DNA of 64,000 bases, from contig OZ245742.1 in NCBI GenBank assembly GCA_965227295.1, positions 2,336,001 to 2,400,000 on the forward strand, given 5' to 3'. The DNA is from Leptonemataceae bacterium. Its GTDB lineage: Bacteria; Spirochaetota; Leptospiria; Leptospirales; Leptonemataceae. The translations under genes and the position numbers were made by a program. Position 1 is the stretch's first letter, and each line of letters begins with the position of its first letter. Positions 41,612-50,594 of the stretch are shown here, piece after piece. The notes under the pieces were generated by a model. The model did no database searches. It worked only from the letters and a program-made list of their open reading frames with translations, and was not told where the DNA came from.

Positions 41612-44410
41612 GAAACAATCGCAGAAGCGAACGCCAGATTACAGTTGCAGATGGACCAGAAGATGGGCCAGACGCACTGGGTGAAGATGGGCGATGTGTA
41701 TACGAAGCAGATCAAAACGGCACATGCGGTGCTCACGGGACAGCCGAGCATTCCTGTATTTGCGCCGTCGTTCCACGACTACTTTTACTTAAAGCCGGAC
41801 CTGCGCAGCGAGGCGGTGGTGAAAGACTCGGAAGGTAAGGAGTGGAACCTAACAGACACCGAGTCTATATTAGCAGACGGCGGACCGAACAGCGCGGAAC
41901 TGGAAAGCATGGTGCGGCTGGTGCGTAACAAGCTGGAGAAAGAGTTCGAACAAACCTACGATCCGGATGAGGAAGTGGACTATGAAGGAACGAGTGGGCT
42001 GGTGTTTATTAACTGGCAACAGGCCCTTGCGGACGCGAGTGCGGCCGCGATTAACCCATCCACGTGTAACTTAGCAGAATCCATGGATGAATGTGCGCGG
42101 AACATTATGCAGTCCGGGTATACCGTGGGCCTCGTGGAAGGCGGGACGTTTGGACGGCACCACTTCGAGGAGTACTACCGCGCACTGACAATCCGCAATT
42201 TCTTCGACCAGATGGAAGCAGACGGTAGAGCTATGCGTGAGTCTACGGGTGGTCGCATGGGCCGGGACTTCGGGACGAATTTGACGGCCTTGCACCGTGG
42301 TGCGGTGCGAAACATTGACTGGGCGTTGAATACTCTGGAACGTAATTCGAAGTACGTCCAGATGTTACAGATTTCTCAAGGCCAGCCCCCGATGTTCCGG
42401 TCGCAAGTCGGAGCAGCAAGACGCGGGCTGAGTGAGTTTGACGACTTCAACCAGCGTGTGCGGGTGGGACTGAGCAAGGGCTGGCAGCGGAACGACGATG
42501 AGATCGACGCCGTGATTAAAGTGGGCGGGACCGTTGTTGCCGGGGCACTGTATGCACTTTCGGCTGTATTGCCATTCCTGGCACCCGCGTTAGTGCCCGT
42601 GGCCAGCGGAATTATGGCCGGGGTGGGTGCGTACTCCGGAGTGCGTGGTAGTTATGAAGGCGGCACGAAAGGCGCGCTGGCGGGAGCGGCGAGCGTGGTG
42701 CCGATGATAATCTCCAAAGGTGCCATCAACACGAACTTAAGCTACACGTTTCAGGGTGGCTGGAGCGCCGGTATAGGCGCGCAGGTTACCGAAGGTGTGG
42801 GTGTCGGTGCGAATTACTCGGAGCAGGGCGGCTGGGGCGGCAATGTTAGCATTGGCCTCGGCGATTCACCGCTCGCTCTTGATTTGAGCGTGGGCGAGTA
42901 CGGGCGTTACGGCGCGGGGCTGACGTACAGCTTTGTGAAGTCACCGGAAACTGCGAAGATTCAGAAACATCTGGGCCTGCGTTTTGGGTATGATCGTGGA
43001 CCGGAAGGCGTAACGTACAGCGCCGGTCTCGTGGGCAGCGTGGGTAACAAGGCCAACGGCTACGCCGGCGGCGGGAACATCGGTCTGACTCACAATCATT
43101 TGAACGGGACCGGCTTTTACCTCGGTGCGAGCGGCAGCGGCGGCGATTATTCGCAGGGCCTCGGCGGGCAGGCGAGCTACAACTGGAGTCGCTTCGGTGG
43201 CAGCTCTACGACCTTCGGCATTACGTATACCCGTCCGCCGGAGGAACACGGGAGTCCGCTGGACAGCCCGTATGAAAAAAATATGTTCGACACGTTCATG
43301 GCGGCGACACGCCGGAATGTAGATGAGTTCTGGGGTGATGTCGGCGGTGGGCTTAGCTGGTTCGGAGAGCAAGTTACGGGCGGTCTCGCAAGCGTGGCCG
43401 GGGCTCTGGGCTGGGAGAGTGGCGCGAACTGGTTGGCGGGTAGAGGATATGTCGACAACGCCACGGCAGAAGCGAATCAGCTTGCGGAGTTTCAGGCGTA
43501 TGCGCTGGAACGTGATACAGAGGAATTTATTCGGCTCGGTGTCCAGGACCGTGCCGTTCCAGTGGGGGAAACACCTGAAGGTAAATGGCTGTTCTATGAT
43601 CCGGTTACAGGAGATTTCTGGTCAGAGAACGGGGATGGTGGACTGAAGCTGGTAACCGAAGATGGTGAGGAAGTTCAGTACGTTCGGGGCAAGAAAAGTC
43701 GCAAGGGAAATAGGTTCCGGTCGGGCAAAAGCTCTGGGGTCAAGAACTCGAAGCGACAATATGCCAAGGCCAAAGAATTCTTTGCGAATCAGCTCAAGAA
43801 TGATTCAAATGCAAAAAGACATCAGGAAAAACAATATAACAATGCGAATATGACAGCGGAGGATAAATTGAATCTTTCTCGGTCACTGGCTGAAAAGCAC
43901 TTGCGAGAAAACTCATCGCAACCAGGAACTCGACCGACTTTACTGGGCGAAGTCATTGCGGAGGGATTAGTATGGTCAGAGGAAATCTTGGCTCAGAAAA
44001 CTATGGATGCTCTTGATAGCGAGTATGAAGATTTAGTTGAATTGCATAGAGAATCGTACACGTCAGGATCGGTAACGACGGATGCGCCAGGACTGGGGGA
44101 CTTAGTAAGGACTCAACTATCAAATAATCGCAGAAAGATCCTTGATCGCGAAGTAGCTAGAGTGGTTGAGAGTACGGAAGTCGCATGGAGCCTCGAAAAT
44201 GGACTCGATCCGGCTACAGCTATTGATCGAGCTATCGACAGTAGCGTGCGATCCTTTGAGTCGAGTATCAGACCGGCTCCTCTGCCGGGTGAGAATACCT
44301 ATTGGAAAGACATCTGGTATGATTCGTTAACTACGGTTGAAGTTAAAATGATCAAGAATCGCGCGTTAAAAGAGTTGATGATTCGAAACCGAAAGAGGAT
44401 GGACCGATGA
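41612..44410 (+). CDS. Orphan toxin cassette 3 with a third alternative C-terminus
   Basis: Matches the giant gene from 23281 (ETIAEANARL); the reading frame is open back into the junction element (ORF 41456). Confidence 0.85.
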   Translation, partial: ETIAEANARLQLQMDQKMGQTHWVKMGDVYTKQIKTAHAVLTGQPSIPVFAPSFHDYFYLKPDLRSEAVVKDSEGKEWNLTDTESILADGGPNSAELESMVRLVRNKLEKEFEQTYDPDEEVDYEGTSGLVFINWQQALADASAAAINPSTCNLAESMDECARNIMQSGYTVGLVEGGTFGRHHFEEYYRALTIRNFFDQMEADGRAMRESTGGRMGRDFGTNLTALHRGAVRNIDWALNTLERNSKYVQMLQISQGQPPMFRSQVGAARRGLSEFDDFNQRVRVGLSKGWQRNDDEIDAVIKVGGTVVAGALYALSAVLPFLAPALVPVASGIMAGVGAYSGVRGSYEGGTKGALAGAASVVPMIISKGAINTNLSYTFQGGWSAGIGAQVTEGVGVGANYSEQGGWGGNVSIGLGDSPLALDLSVGEYGRYGAGLTYSFVKSPETAKIQKHLGLRFGYDRGPEGVTYSAGLVGSVGNKANGYAGGGNIGLTHNHLNGTGFYLGASGSGGDYSQGLGGQASYNWSRFGGSSTTFGITYTRPPEEHGSPLDSPYEKNMFDTFMAATRRNVDEFWGDVGGGLSWFGEQVTGGLASVAGALGWESGANWLAGRGYVDNATAEANQLAEFQAYALERDTEEFIRLGVQDRAVPVGETPEGKWLFYDPVTGDFWSENGDGGLKLVTEDGEEVQYVRGKKSRKGNRFRSGKSSGVKNSKRQYAKAKEFFANQLKNDSNAKRHQEKQYNNANMTAEDKLNLSRSLAEKHLRENSSQPGTRPTLLGEVIAEGLVWSEEILAQKTMDALDSEYEDLVELHRESYTSGSVTTDAPGLGDLVRTQLSNNRRKILDREVARVVESTEVAWSLENGLDPATAIDRAIDSSVRSFESSIRPAPLPGENTYWKDIWYDSLTTVEVKMIKNRALKELMIRNRKRMDR

Positions 44411-44940
44411 AGTCTATACCGTTAAGAACTACAATATTGATATTACTCTTGCTGATGCCGTGGACAGTCGACTGTCGGCCGCAAAGTGAAAACCACTCTA
44501 ATACAAGCTGTGAGATAAACATTGACTTCGAAAAGGGTACGAAGGAGTTCCCAATAGGTCAAAAGTTCACGCCTGAGTCAATACGAGCCTATGGATTTAC
44601 GAAGCTAGAAATGGGCGATGATTTTCTGGAAGGCTCAGGATTGCGAAATTTCTATCACAACGGCACCAAGACAATTCTGATTGCTTATTCCGATGAGGAT
44701 GTACTGGTTCATGTCTCTATCGAGGCAAAGGAAGACGTTTGCTTTCGGGGGCAACTGATTCGAGATCATAATCCGTACGCCTTTTACGAGGCCTTACAAC
44801 AGGCTGGAGCTTCCATTCCGATACAGGATGCAGATGAAATTCGAGACGGCTTTCGGGTTCCCGGGCCTCGGGTTGAAATTCGGGTGGTAACAGAAAACGA
44901 TTCGATACAGAGAATTTTAGTTAGTGAGTATGTCGAATAA
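44407..44940 (+). CDS. Exported/lipoprotein-like candidate immunity protein of cassette 3
   Basis: ATGA overlap; MKSIPLRTTILILLLLMPWTVDC signal. Confidence 0.7.
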   Translation: MKSIPLRTTILILLLLMPWTVDCRPQSENHSNTSCEINIDFEKGTKEFPIGQKFTPESIRAYGFTKLEMGDDFLEGSGLRNFYHNGTKTILIAYSDEDVLVHVSIEAKEDVCFRGQLIRDHNPYAFYEALQQAGASIPIQDADEIRDGFRVPGPRVEIRVVTENDSIQRILVSEYVE

Positions 44941-44996
44941 GTCAGATTGGGCTGCTGAATGCGACTCTGACTTTGTGTAAATAGATTCTTGCACTC

Positions 44997-45513
44997 TGTA
45001 AGCTTGAAATACACATCAAAGCCTCCAGGCGGCCCCACGCCGGGTTATCCCTTGCGAGTCTTTGAATGAGCCGGATTTCTTCGACTGGAATTCGCGGCCG
45101 GCGCGGTCGATTGTAGTTGCAAACGTAGATTGCTCGTCGCATACTTGCTGAAATGTGCCCAACAGGCACGCCGAAATGTCTGACGTAATGGAGACGTTTC
45201 GGATGAGATCAGAGGATCTTTAACAGGCAAGCAGTGATAGTCTGAACGGACTGACTGCGGCGAGAAAAGGCAGCAGAGCTTCGCCTCTGCCGAAGCGATA
45301 TGCTGAATTCCGCACACGTGTGCGGAATTCGCGTCTCGGTTCCCGGAGGATGTTCAGCTCTTTGCGGCTAATGTCTGATTCACAAGCGTTAGCGATGCGG
45401 AGGGTGGCGCGCAGCGCCAGTCTCGCGTCTTCGCGAGACCGCAGCGAAGCGGAGCCCGTAGCAGCGCGACGGCCCGCCGCCTCCGCGGCGCGGCGGGCCG
45501 GAACGCCCAGAGC
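44997..45513. repeat. Junction element copy D (empty intron site 45505|45506)
   Basis: TGTAAGCTTGAAATAC start; same transposase scrap as copy B; palindrome at 45305-45330. Confidence 0.9.
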
Positions 45514-45666
45514 CGCAGAAGCGAACGCACGCCTGCAACTCCAGATGGACCAGAAGATGGGCCAGACGAACTGGGTGAAGATGGGCGACTTGTACACGAA
45601 GCAGATCAAAACGGCACAGGCAGTGCTTACGGGACAGCCGAGCATTCCCGTGTTTGCGCCTTCGTT
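45514..45666 (+). pseudogene. Orphan cassette 4 stub truncated by IS
   Basis: AEANARLQLQ...VFAPSF matches the giant gene from 23289 and stops at the IS end (45667). Confidence 0.85.
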
Positions 45667-46680
45667 TGTAAGCTTGAAATACTCATCCACGCCTTCAAGC
45701 GGCCTCCCAATGATACGTAGAATGCAGCCCGCCGAGCACAGGTTTTCGCAAGAGCCGCACGTTATTACCGGGTGGCGGTCCTGTCTCACGGCCCTCCGGT
45801 GAATCGAGGTCCACAGACGCGTGCGTGCGGTGCTGATTGTAATACGCCATGTATTCCAGCAGGCGTTGGCGCACCACGGTCTCGCTCAACGGCAGCATGA
45901 ACTGCAGCAGTTCTTCCCGCACGGTCCGGACGAACCGTTCGGCAATCCCATTCTGCCAGGGGCTTGCGATCTGCGTGCACAGAGAAACAAGGTCGAGCGT
46001 GCCTTCGATAAACTCCCGAACAGGCTGAAACAGAACGTCGTTATCCGAGATCAAGAACCGCAATATATGCGGTTGGCCGACGAATGCCTGAATCAATTGC
46101 TCGCGAATCCAGTCGGCAGTGGGACGTTCGGTAACATTCAAACAGAGCAACTTACGACGTTCGTGCTGGATGACGAAGAAACCAAACAAAGGGTTTTTCC
46201 CGATCCGCGGAATTGCAAAGAAATCCATGGCCGAAATACTCGGACAGTGCAATTTAAGAAATGTCGCCCAACTGAGAACGCGCCGCGGGTCCGGGTTGCG
46301 CTTCGGCCTGTATTTGCGAACGGTGTCTATATGAAGCCGTTCACCCAGGACGCGGAAGACTTCGCCCTGGATTCTGCGTGGCTGCCACGATGGATTGTCG
46401 CGGGCAAGGCGGCCGATGAATTCTTTAACATGTTCAGGAATGCACGGGCGACCGCCGCGCTTACGGAAACTGGTGACGAACGTCCAGAAGTCTTTGTATC
46501 TTCGCCTGTGCCAGTCGAGGACGGTGGCGGGGGTTACGAACAATGTCACGCTCCGCCAGGCGTCGGGAAACAGGCGCACGGTGCACATACAGAAAACGCT
46601 GATGATAAACAAGCGTAAGGATTACGCAGACGAGGAAGATTGTCACGAACCAGAGTCTGTCGCTAACGAGAAGATGCAAT
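45667..46680 (-). mobile_element. IS with integrase-core (rve, DDE) transposase, ORF 45695-46612, possibly frameshifted at its 5' end
   Basis: WHRR..GRP, LARDNPSW, MDFF, ISDND, PWQNGIAERFVRTVREE, YYNQHRTH, LGGLHSTY. Right end at 45667 is clear; left end not resolved. Confidence 0.85.
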
Positions 46681-46894
46681 ACATTCCCGGCAGGGGCGCT
46701 GAGAACAACCAGTCCGGCCCGGAGCGCGAAGCGCGGAGGGTGTACATCAGGCTGGCATCGTTGCTACGGCTGTCGCATGATCACGGACATGATTCGATGT
46801 CTGTCACTCGACAGATGATGCTCAGGAAAGGCGCTCAGGCTAATTCGTCCAGTACTGAGCGCGTTTTTTGGCTGAGGTTCGAAGCTGTCCGGAC

Positions 46895-47269
46895 TCAGCC
46901 GGGCATTCCTATAAAGACCCGCTCGCCGTCGATGCGAACGCCGTAGGTCGCGATGCGAAACTCCGGATCGCTGAGGCATTCCCCGCTTTCGAGGGCGAAG
47001 GTCTTTTTGTGCATGGGGCACGCGACTTTGGGGACACCGCCGGCGTCTCCCAGCAGGCCGCGGGCGAGCACGTTTTCTTTCTTATGCGGACACGTGTTAT
47101 CGCAGGCGAACCAACGCCCCTGCGCTCGAAAGTTATACACGGCGATCTGCCGCCCTTCGATCTTAACGGCGAGGCCGCCGTCCTCGGGGAAGTCGTCGAC
47201 CGTGCCCGCTTCCATCCACACCAGATTCTGTTGTTCCTGTTTCATTGCCACCGGCATATCGTGCTCCAT
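46895..47269 (-). CDS. nirD: Nitrite reductase small subunit (Rieske-type)
   Basis: NTCPHK, LARGLLGD, VACPMHK; follows nirB. Confidence 0.92.
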   Translation of the reverse strand: MEHDMPVAMKQEQQNLVWMEAGTVDDFPEDGGLAVKIEGRQIAVYNFRAQGRWFACDNTCPHKKENVLARGLLGDAGGVPKVACPMHKKTFALESGECLSDPEFRIATYGVRIDGERVFIGMPG

Positions 47270-47299
47270 TTACTAGAATAATCTACCCGAATGTTAGTA

Positions 47300-49801
47300 T
47301 CACTCGGGCCACGCCACGGGGACCTTCTGCCCGCGCTGGCGTTCAAATTGAATGTTATCGTCGGTATCGTTGCTGTTCGCGAAATGGCGGAAACGCATGC
47401 GCAGCTCCGGATCCTGGACGACCTTCGTCCATTCGCAGTGATACGTCGCCACGTGGCGCTCCATATCCGCCTCCAGTTCCGCGCAGATGCCGAGTTTGTC
47501 TTCGATGATCACGTCGCGCAGATGATCGATGCCGCCTTCCAGGCGATTGAACCACCACGCCGTGCGTTCGAGTTTGTCGGCCGTGCGCACGTAGTACATC
47601 AAGAAGCGGTCGATGTAACGAATGAGCGTTTCGTCGTCCAGGTCGCCGGCCAATAGCAGGGCGTGCTGCGGTTTCGCACCCCCGTTGCCGCAGACGTAGA
47701 GATTCCAGCCCTTCTCCGTGGCGATGACGCCGAAGTCTTTGCTCTGGGCCTCCGCGCATTCGCGAATGCAACCCGAGACGGCCGACTTGATCTTATGCGG
47801 CGAACGCAGACCGCGATAGCGCTGTTCAATGAGAATGGCCATGGACGTGGAATCCTGCACGCCGTAGCGACACCAGGTGGAACCCACGCAGCTCTTCACG
47901 GTACGTAACGCCTTGCCGTAGGCGTGACCGCTTTCCAGGCCGACCTCGACGAGTTCTTCCCATATGTCCGGTAACTGGTCGACCCGCGCCCCGAACAAAT
48001 CAATGCGCTGGCCGCCGGTAATCTTCGTGTAGAGATCGTACTTCTTCGCCACCTCGCCGATGCGAATCAATTGGTCCGGTGTGATCTCACCCCCCGGCAC
48101 CCGCGGCACCACCGAGTAAGTACCACCTCGCTGAATGTTAGCGAGAAAACGATCGTTGGTATCCTGAACAACGGCATGTTCCGGCTTCGCGATGAGATCG
48201 TTCCACACCGACGCGAGAATGGAAGCGACGGCCGGCTTGCAGACCTCACAACCGCTGCCGCTGCCGGCCTCGGCCAGCACCGCGGCGTAAGTTTTCAGTT
48301 CTTTTACCTTAATGATGGCGAAGAGATCCTGGCGGCTGTAGTCGAAGTGTTCGCAGAGGCGCGGGTTCACTGCCACGCCCAGGTTCTTCATCTCCGCGTT
48401 CAGAATGTCCTTCACCTGCGGGACACAGCCGCCGCAACCGGAGCCGGCCGACGTGCAGGACTTGAGCTCGCCCATGTCGTGGGCGCCGCCCCGAATGGCC
48501 TCGACGATCATGCCCTTCGAGACGTTGTTGCACTTGCAGATCTGCGTATCGTTGGAGACCTCGACCTCGAAAGAACCGCCGCCGCTGAACAACAACGCGT
48601 CGATCTCCTTCGGCAGTACGATCTCGTTTTCGTAGATCTGCACCAGTTTCGGATAATCCCCGACGTCGCCGACCAGAATGCCGCCCAGGAGATGTTTGCC
48701 CTCGGAATCCAGGACTAACTTTTTGTACACAGAACCTTGCGGATTGATGAAACGCACCACCTCGGCACCTTCGCTTTCCGCGAAGGCGTCGCCGAAGCTC
48801 GCGACGTCGATGCCGATCAACTTCAACTGCGTCGCCAGATCGGCGCCCTCGAAGTAGCTGTCCTCGCCCATGAGATTGCGCGCGACGACGTCGGCCATGT
48901 CGTAACCGGGCGCCACGAGACCGTAGCAGCGACCGTCAAAAACGGCGGCATCCCCGATGGCGTAGACGTGCGGGTCCGTGGTCTGCAACTTCTCGTTCAC
49001 GACGATTCCGCCGCGCGGCCCCGTTTCCAGGCCGGAGTCCGCGGCCAGCTCGTCCCGCGGACGAATGCCCGCCGAGATGATGACCATGTCCACGTCGAGG
49101 GTCTCCCCGACGTCGAAGTCCCGGCGATCGATGCGCACACCGGAGACGGCCTCGTCGCCGACGACGGCCTTCGTGTTCACCGAGGTGTGCACCTTAACAC
49201 CCATCGATTCGATCTTATCGCGCAGGAAGCGCGCGCCCTGTTCGTCGAGCTGGCGCGGCATGAGGCGCGGCGCCATCTCGATGACGTGGGTCTCCAGGCC
49301 CATGTCCAGCGAGGCCTTCGCCGCTTCCAGGCCCAGGAGGCCGCCGCCGATGATCGCCGCCGACGAAGCACTCTGCGCGTAGTCGATGATCGCTTCCAGG
49401 TCGTCGATGGTGCGATAGACGAAAACGCCGGGTAGATCGCTGCCGGGAATCGGCGGCACGAACGGCGACGCCCCCGTGGCAATGATCAGTTCGTCGTAAT
49501 CGAAACGTTCGCCCTGGTCGTCGACGACGTACTTTTCGATGTGTTCGATTTCCTTAATGCGACTGCTGGTATGCAAACGCAGGCCGCGTTCGGCATACCA
49601 CTCCGCGCTGGTGAGCATGAGCGGATCGGCGCTGAGCTTCTCGAAGTACTCCGAGAGCTTGACGCGATTGTAGGCCGGGCGGGCTTCCTCGCCGAACACC
49701 GCAACATCATAACGTTCCACGGCACCCAGATCGACGAGCTTCTCGCAGAAACGATGCCCGACCATGCCGTTACCGATGACAATAATCTTCTTTTTATCCA
49801 T
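47300..49801 (-). CDS. nirB: NAD(P)H-dependent nitrite reductase large subunit
   Basis: IGNGMVGHRF, GGGLLGLEAA, BFD-like cysteines, TVKSCVGSTWC, VSGCIREC. Confidence 0.97.
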   Translation of the reverse strand: MDKKKIIVIGNGMVGHRFCEKLVDLGAVERYDVAVFGEEARPAYNRVKLSEYFEKLSADPLMLTSAEWYAERGLRLHTSSRIKEIEHIEKYVVDDQGERFDYDELIIATGASPFVPPIPGSDLPGVFVYRTIDDLEAIIDYAQSASSAAIIGGGLLGLEAAKASLDMGLETHVIEMAPRLMPRQLDEQGARFLRDKIESMGVKVHTSVNTKAVVGDEAVSGVRIDRRDFDVGETLDVDMVIISAGIRPRDELAADSGLETGPRGGIVVNEKLQTTDPHVYAIGDAAVFDGRCYGLVAPGYDMADVVARNLMGEDSYFEGADLATQLKLIGIDVASFGDAFAESEGAEVVRFINPQGSVYKKLVLDSEGKHLLGGILVGDVGDYPKLVQIYENEIVLPKEIDALLFSGGGSFEVEVSNDTQICKCNNVSKGMIVEAIRGGAHDMGELKSCTSAGSGCGGCVPQVKDILNAEMKNLGVAVNPRLCEHFDYSRQDLFAIIKVKELKTYAAVLAEAGSGSGCEVCKPAVASILASVWNDLIAKPEHAVVQDTNDRFLANIQRGGTYSVVPRVPGGEITPDQLIRIGEVAKKYDLYTKITGGQRIDLFGARVDQLPDIWEELVEVGLESGHAYGKALRTVKSCVGSTWCRYGVQDSTSMAILIEQRYRGLRSPHKIKSAVSGCIRECAEAQSKDFGVIATEKGWNLYVCGNGGAKPQHALLLAGDLDDETLIRYIDRFLMYYVRTADKLERTAWWFNRLEGGIDHLRDVIIEDKLGICAELEADMERHVATYHCEWTKVVQDPELRMRFRHFANSNDTDDNIQFERQRGQKVPVAWPE

Positions 49802-50594
49802 GAGTGGTTCCTTCCAGAATAGAATGATTTACTAACATAACTTCCGCGCAACCTTGTCCCGCCTGACGCAAGACCTGCACGACCTTACCGATGTAGATGA
49901 TGCCGGGTCCGGCGCATAACGCCGTCGGCGGCGCGGACTGCGCATCACCCAGCACACCGAAGTGCGTACGTTGTTCCACCGAAGACGCGCTCTCAACGAG
50001 AGCGAACGGCAGCGACGGCGCGGCGCCGTGCCGTAACAATTCCCCGGCAATCTCTACGAAACGATGCTTGCCCATAAAGATCACCACGGTGCCCGCGAAA
50101 CTTGCGACCGCCGCCCAGTCCTGCTCGCGATCGTGACCGTTGAGGACCATGACGGCCCCGGCCACCCCGCGATGCGTCAGCGGAATGCCGGCCAGGGCCC
50201 CGGCCGCGTTCAACGCGGACATGCCCGGCACGACCTCGCAATGAATGCCGCGCTCTCGAAGATACAGCAGCTCTTCGCCGCCGCGACCGAAGACAAACGG
50301 ATCCCCGCCCTTCAGGCGGACCACGCGCAAGCCTGCCGCCGCGTGTTCGTAGAGGATCGCCTGGATCTCTTCCTGCGAACAGGCGTGGGCACCGCAGCGC
50401 TTGCCGACGTACATCAGCTTCGCGTGCGCCGGAAAGACTTCGTGAAACGAAGCGTCGATCAGTGCGTCGTAGAGAATGACCTCGGCCTGTTGTAAGATGC
50501 GCAGGCCCTTCACGCTCAGATAATCCACGTGTCCCGGCCCGGCGCCGACTAACGTTACCGAACCGGAAGTTTGTAGCGTTTGCGTCGTCATCAT
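49794..50594 (-). CDS. cobA: Uroporphyrinogen-III C-methyltransferase (siroheme synthesis)
   Basis: LVGAGPG, RLKGGDPFVFGRGGEE, GIPLTHRG. Confidence 0.93.
   Translation of the reverse strand: MMTTQTLQTSGSVTLVGAGPGHVDYLSVKGLRILQQAEVILYDALIDASFHEVFPAHAKLMYVGKRCGAHACSQEEIQAILYEHAAAGLRVVRLKGGDPFVFGRGGEELLYLRERGIHCEVVPGMSALNAAGALAGIPLTHRGVAGAVMVLNGHDREQDWAAVASFAGTVVIFMGKHRFVEIAGELLRHGAAPSLPFALVESASSVEQRTHFGVLGDAQSAPPTALCAGPGIIYIGKVVQVLRQAGQGCAEVMLVNHSILEGTTHG

Noticed and set aside
26783..45513. Junction repeats as a CRISPR array
   Set aside because: Repeats are 280-570 bp and kilobases apart, and no cas genes are present.
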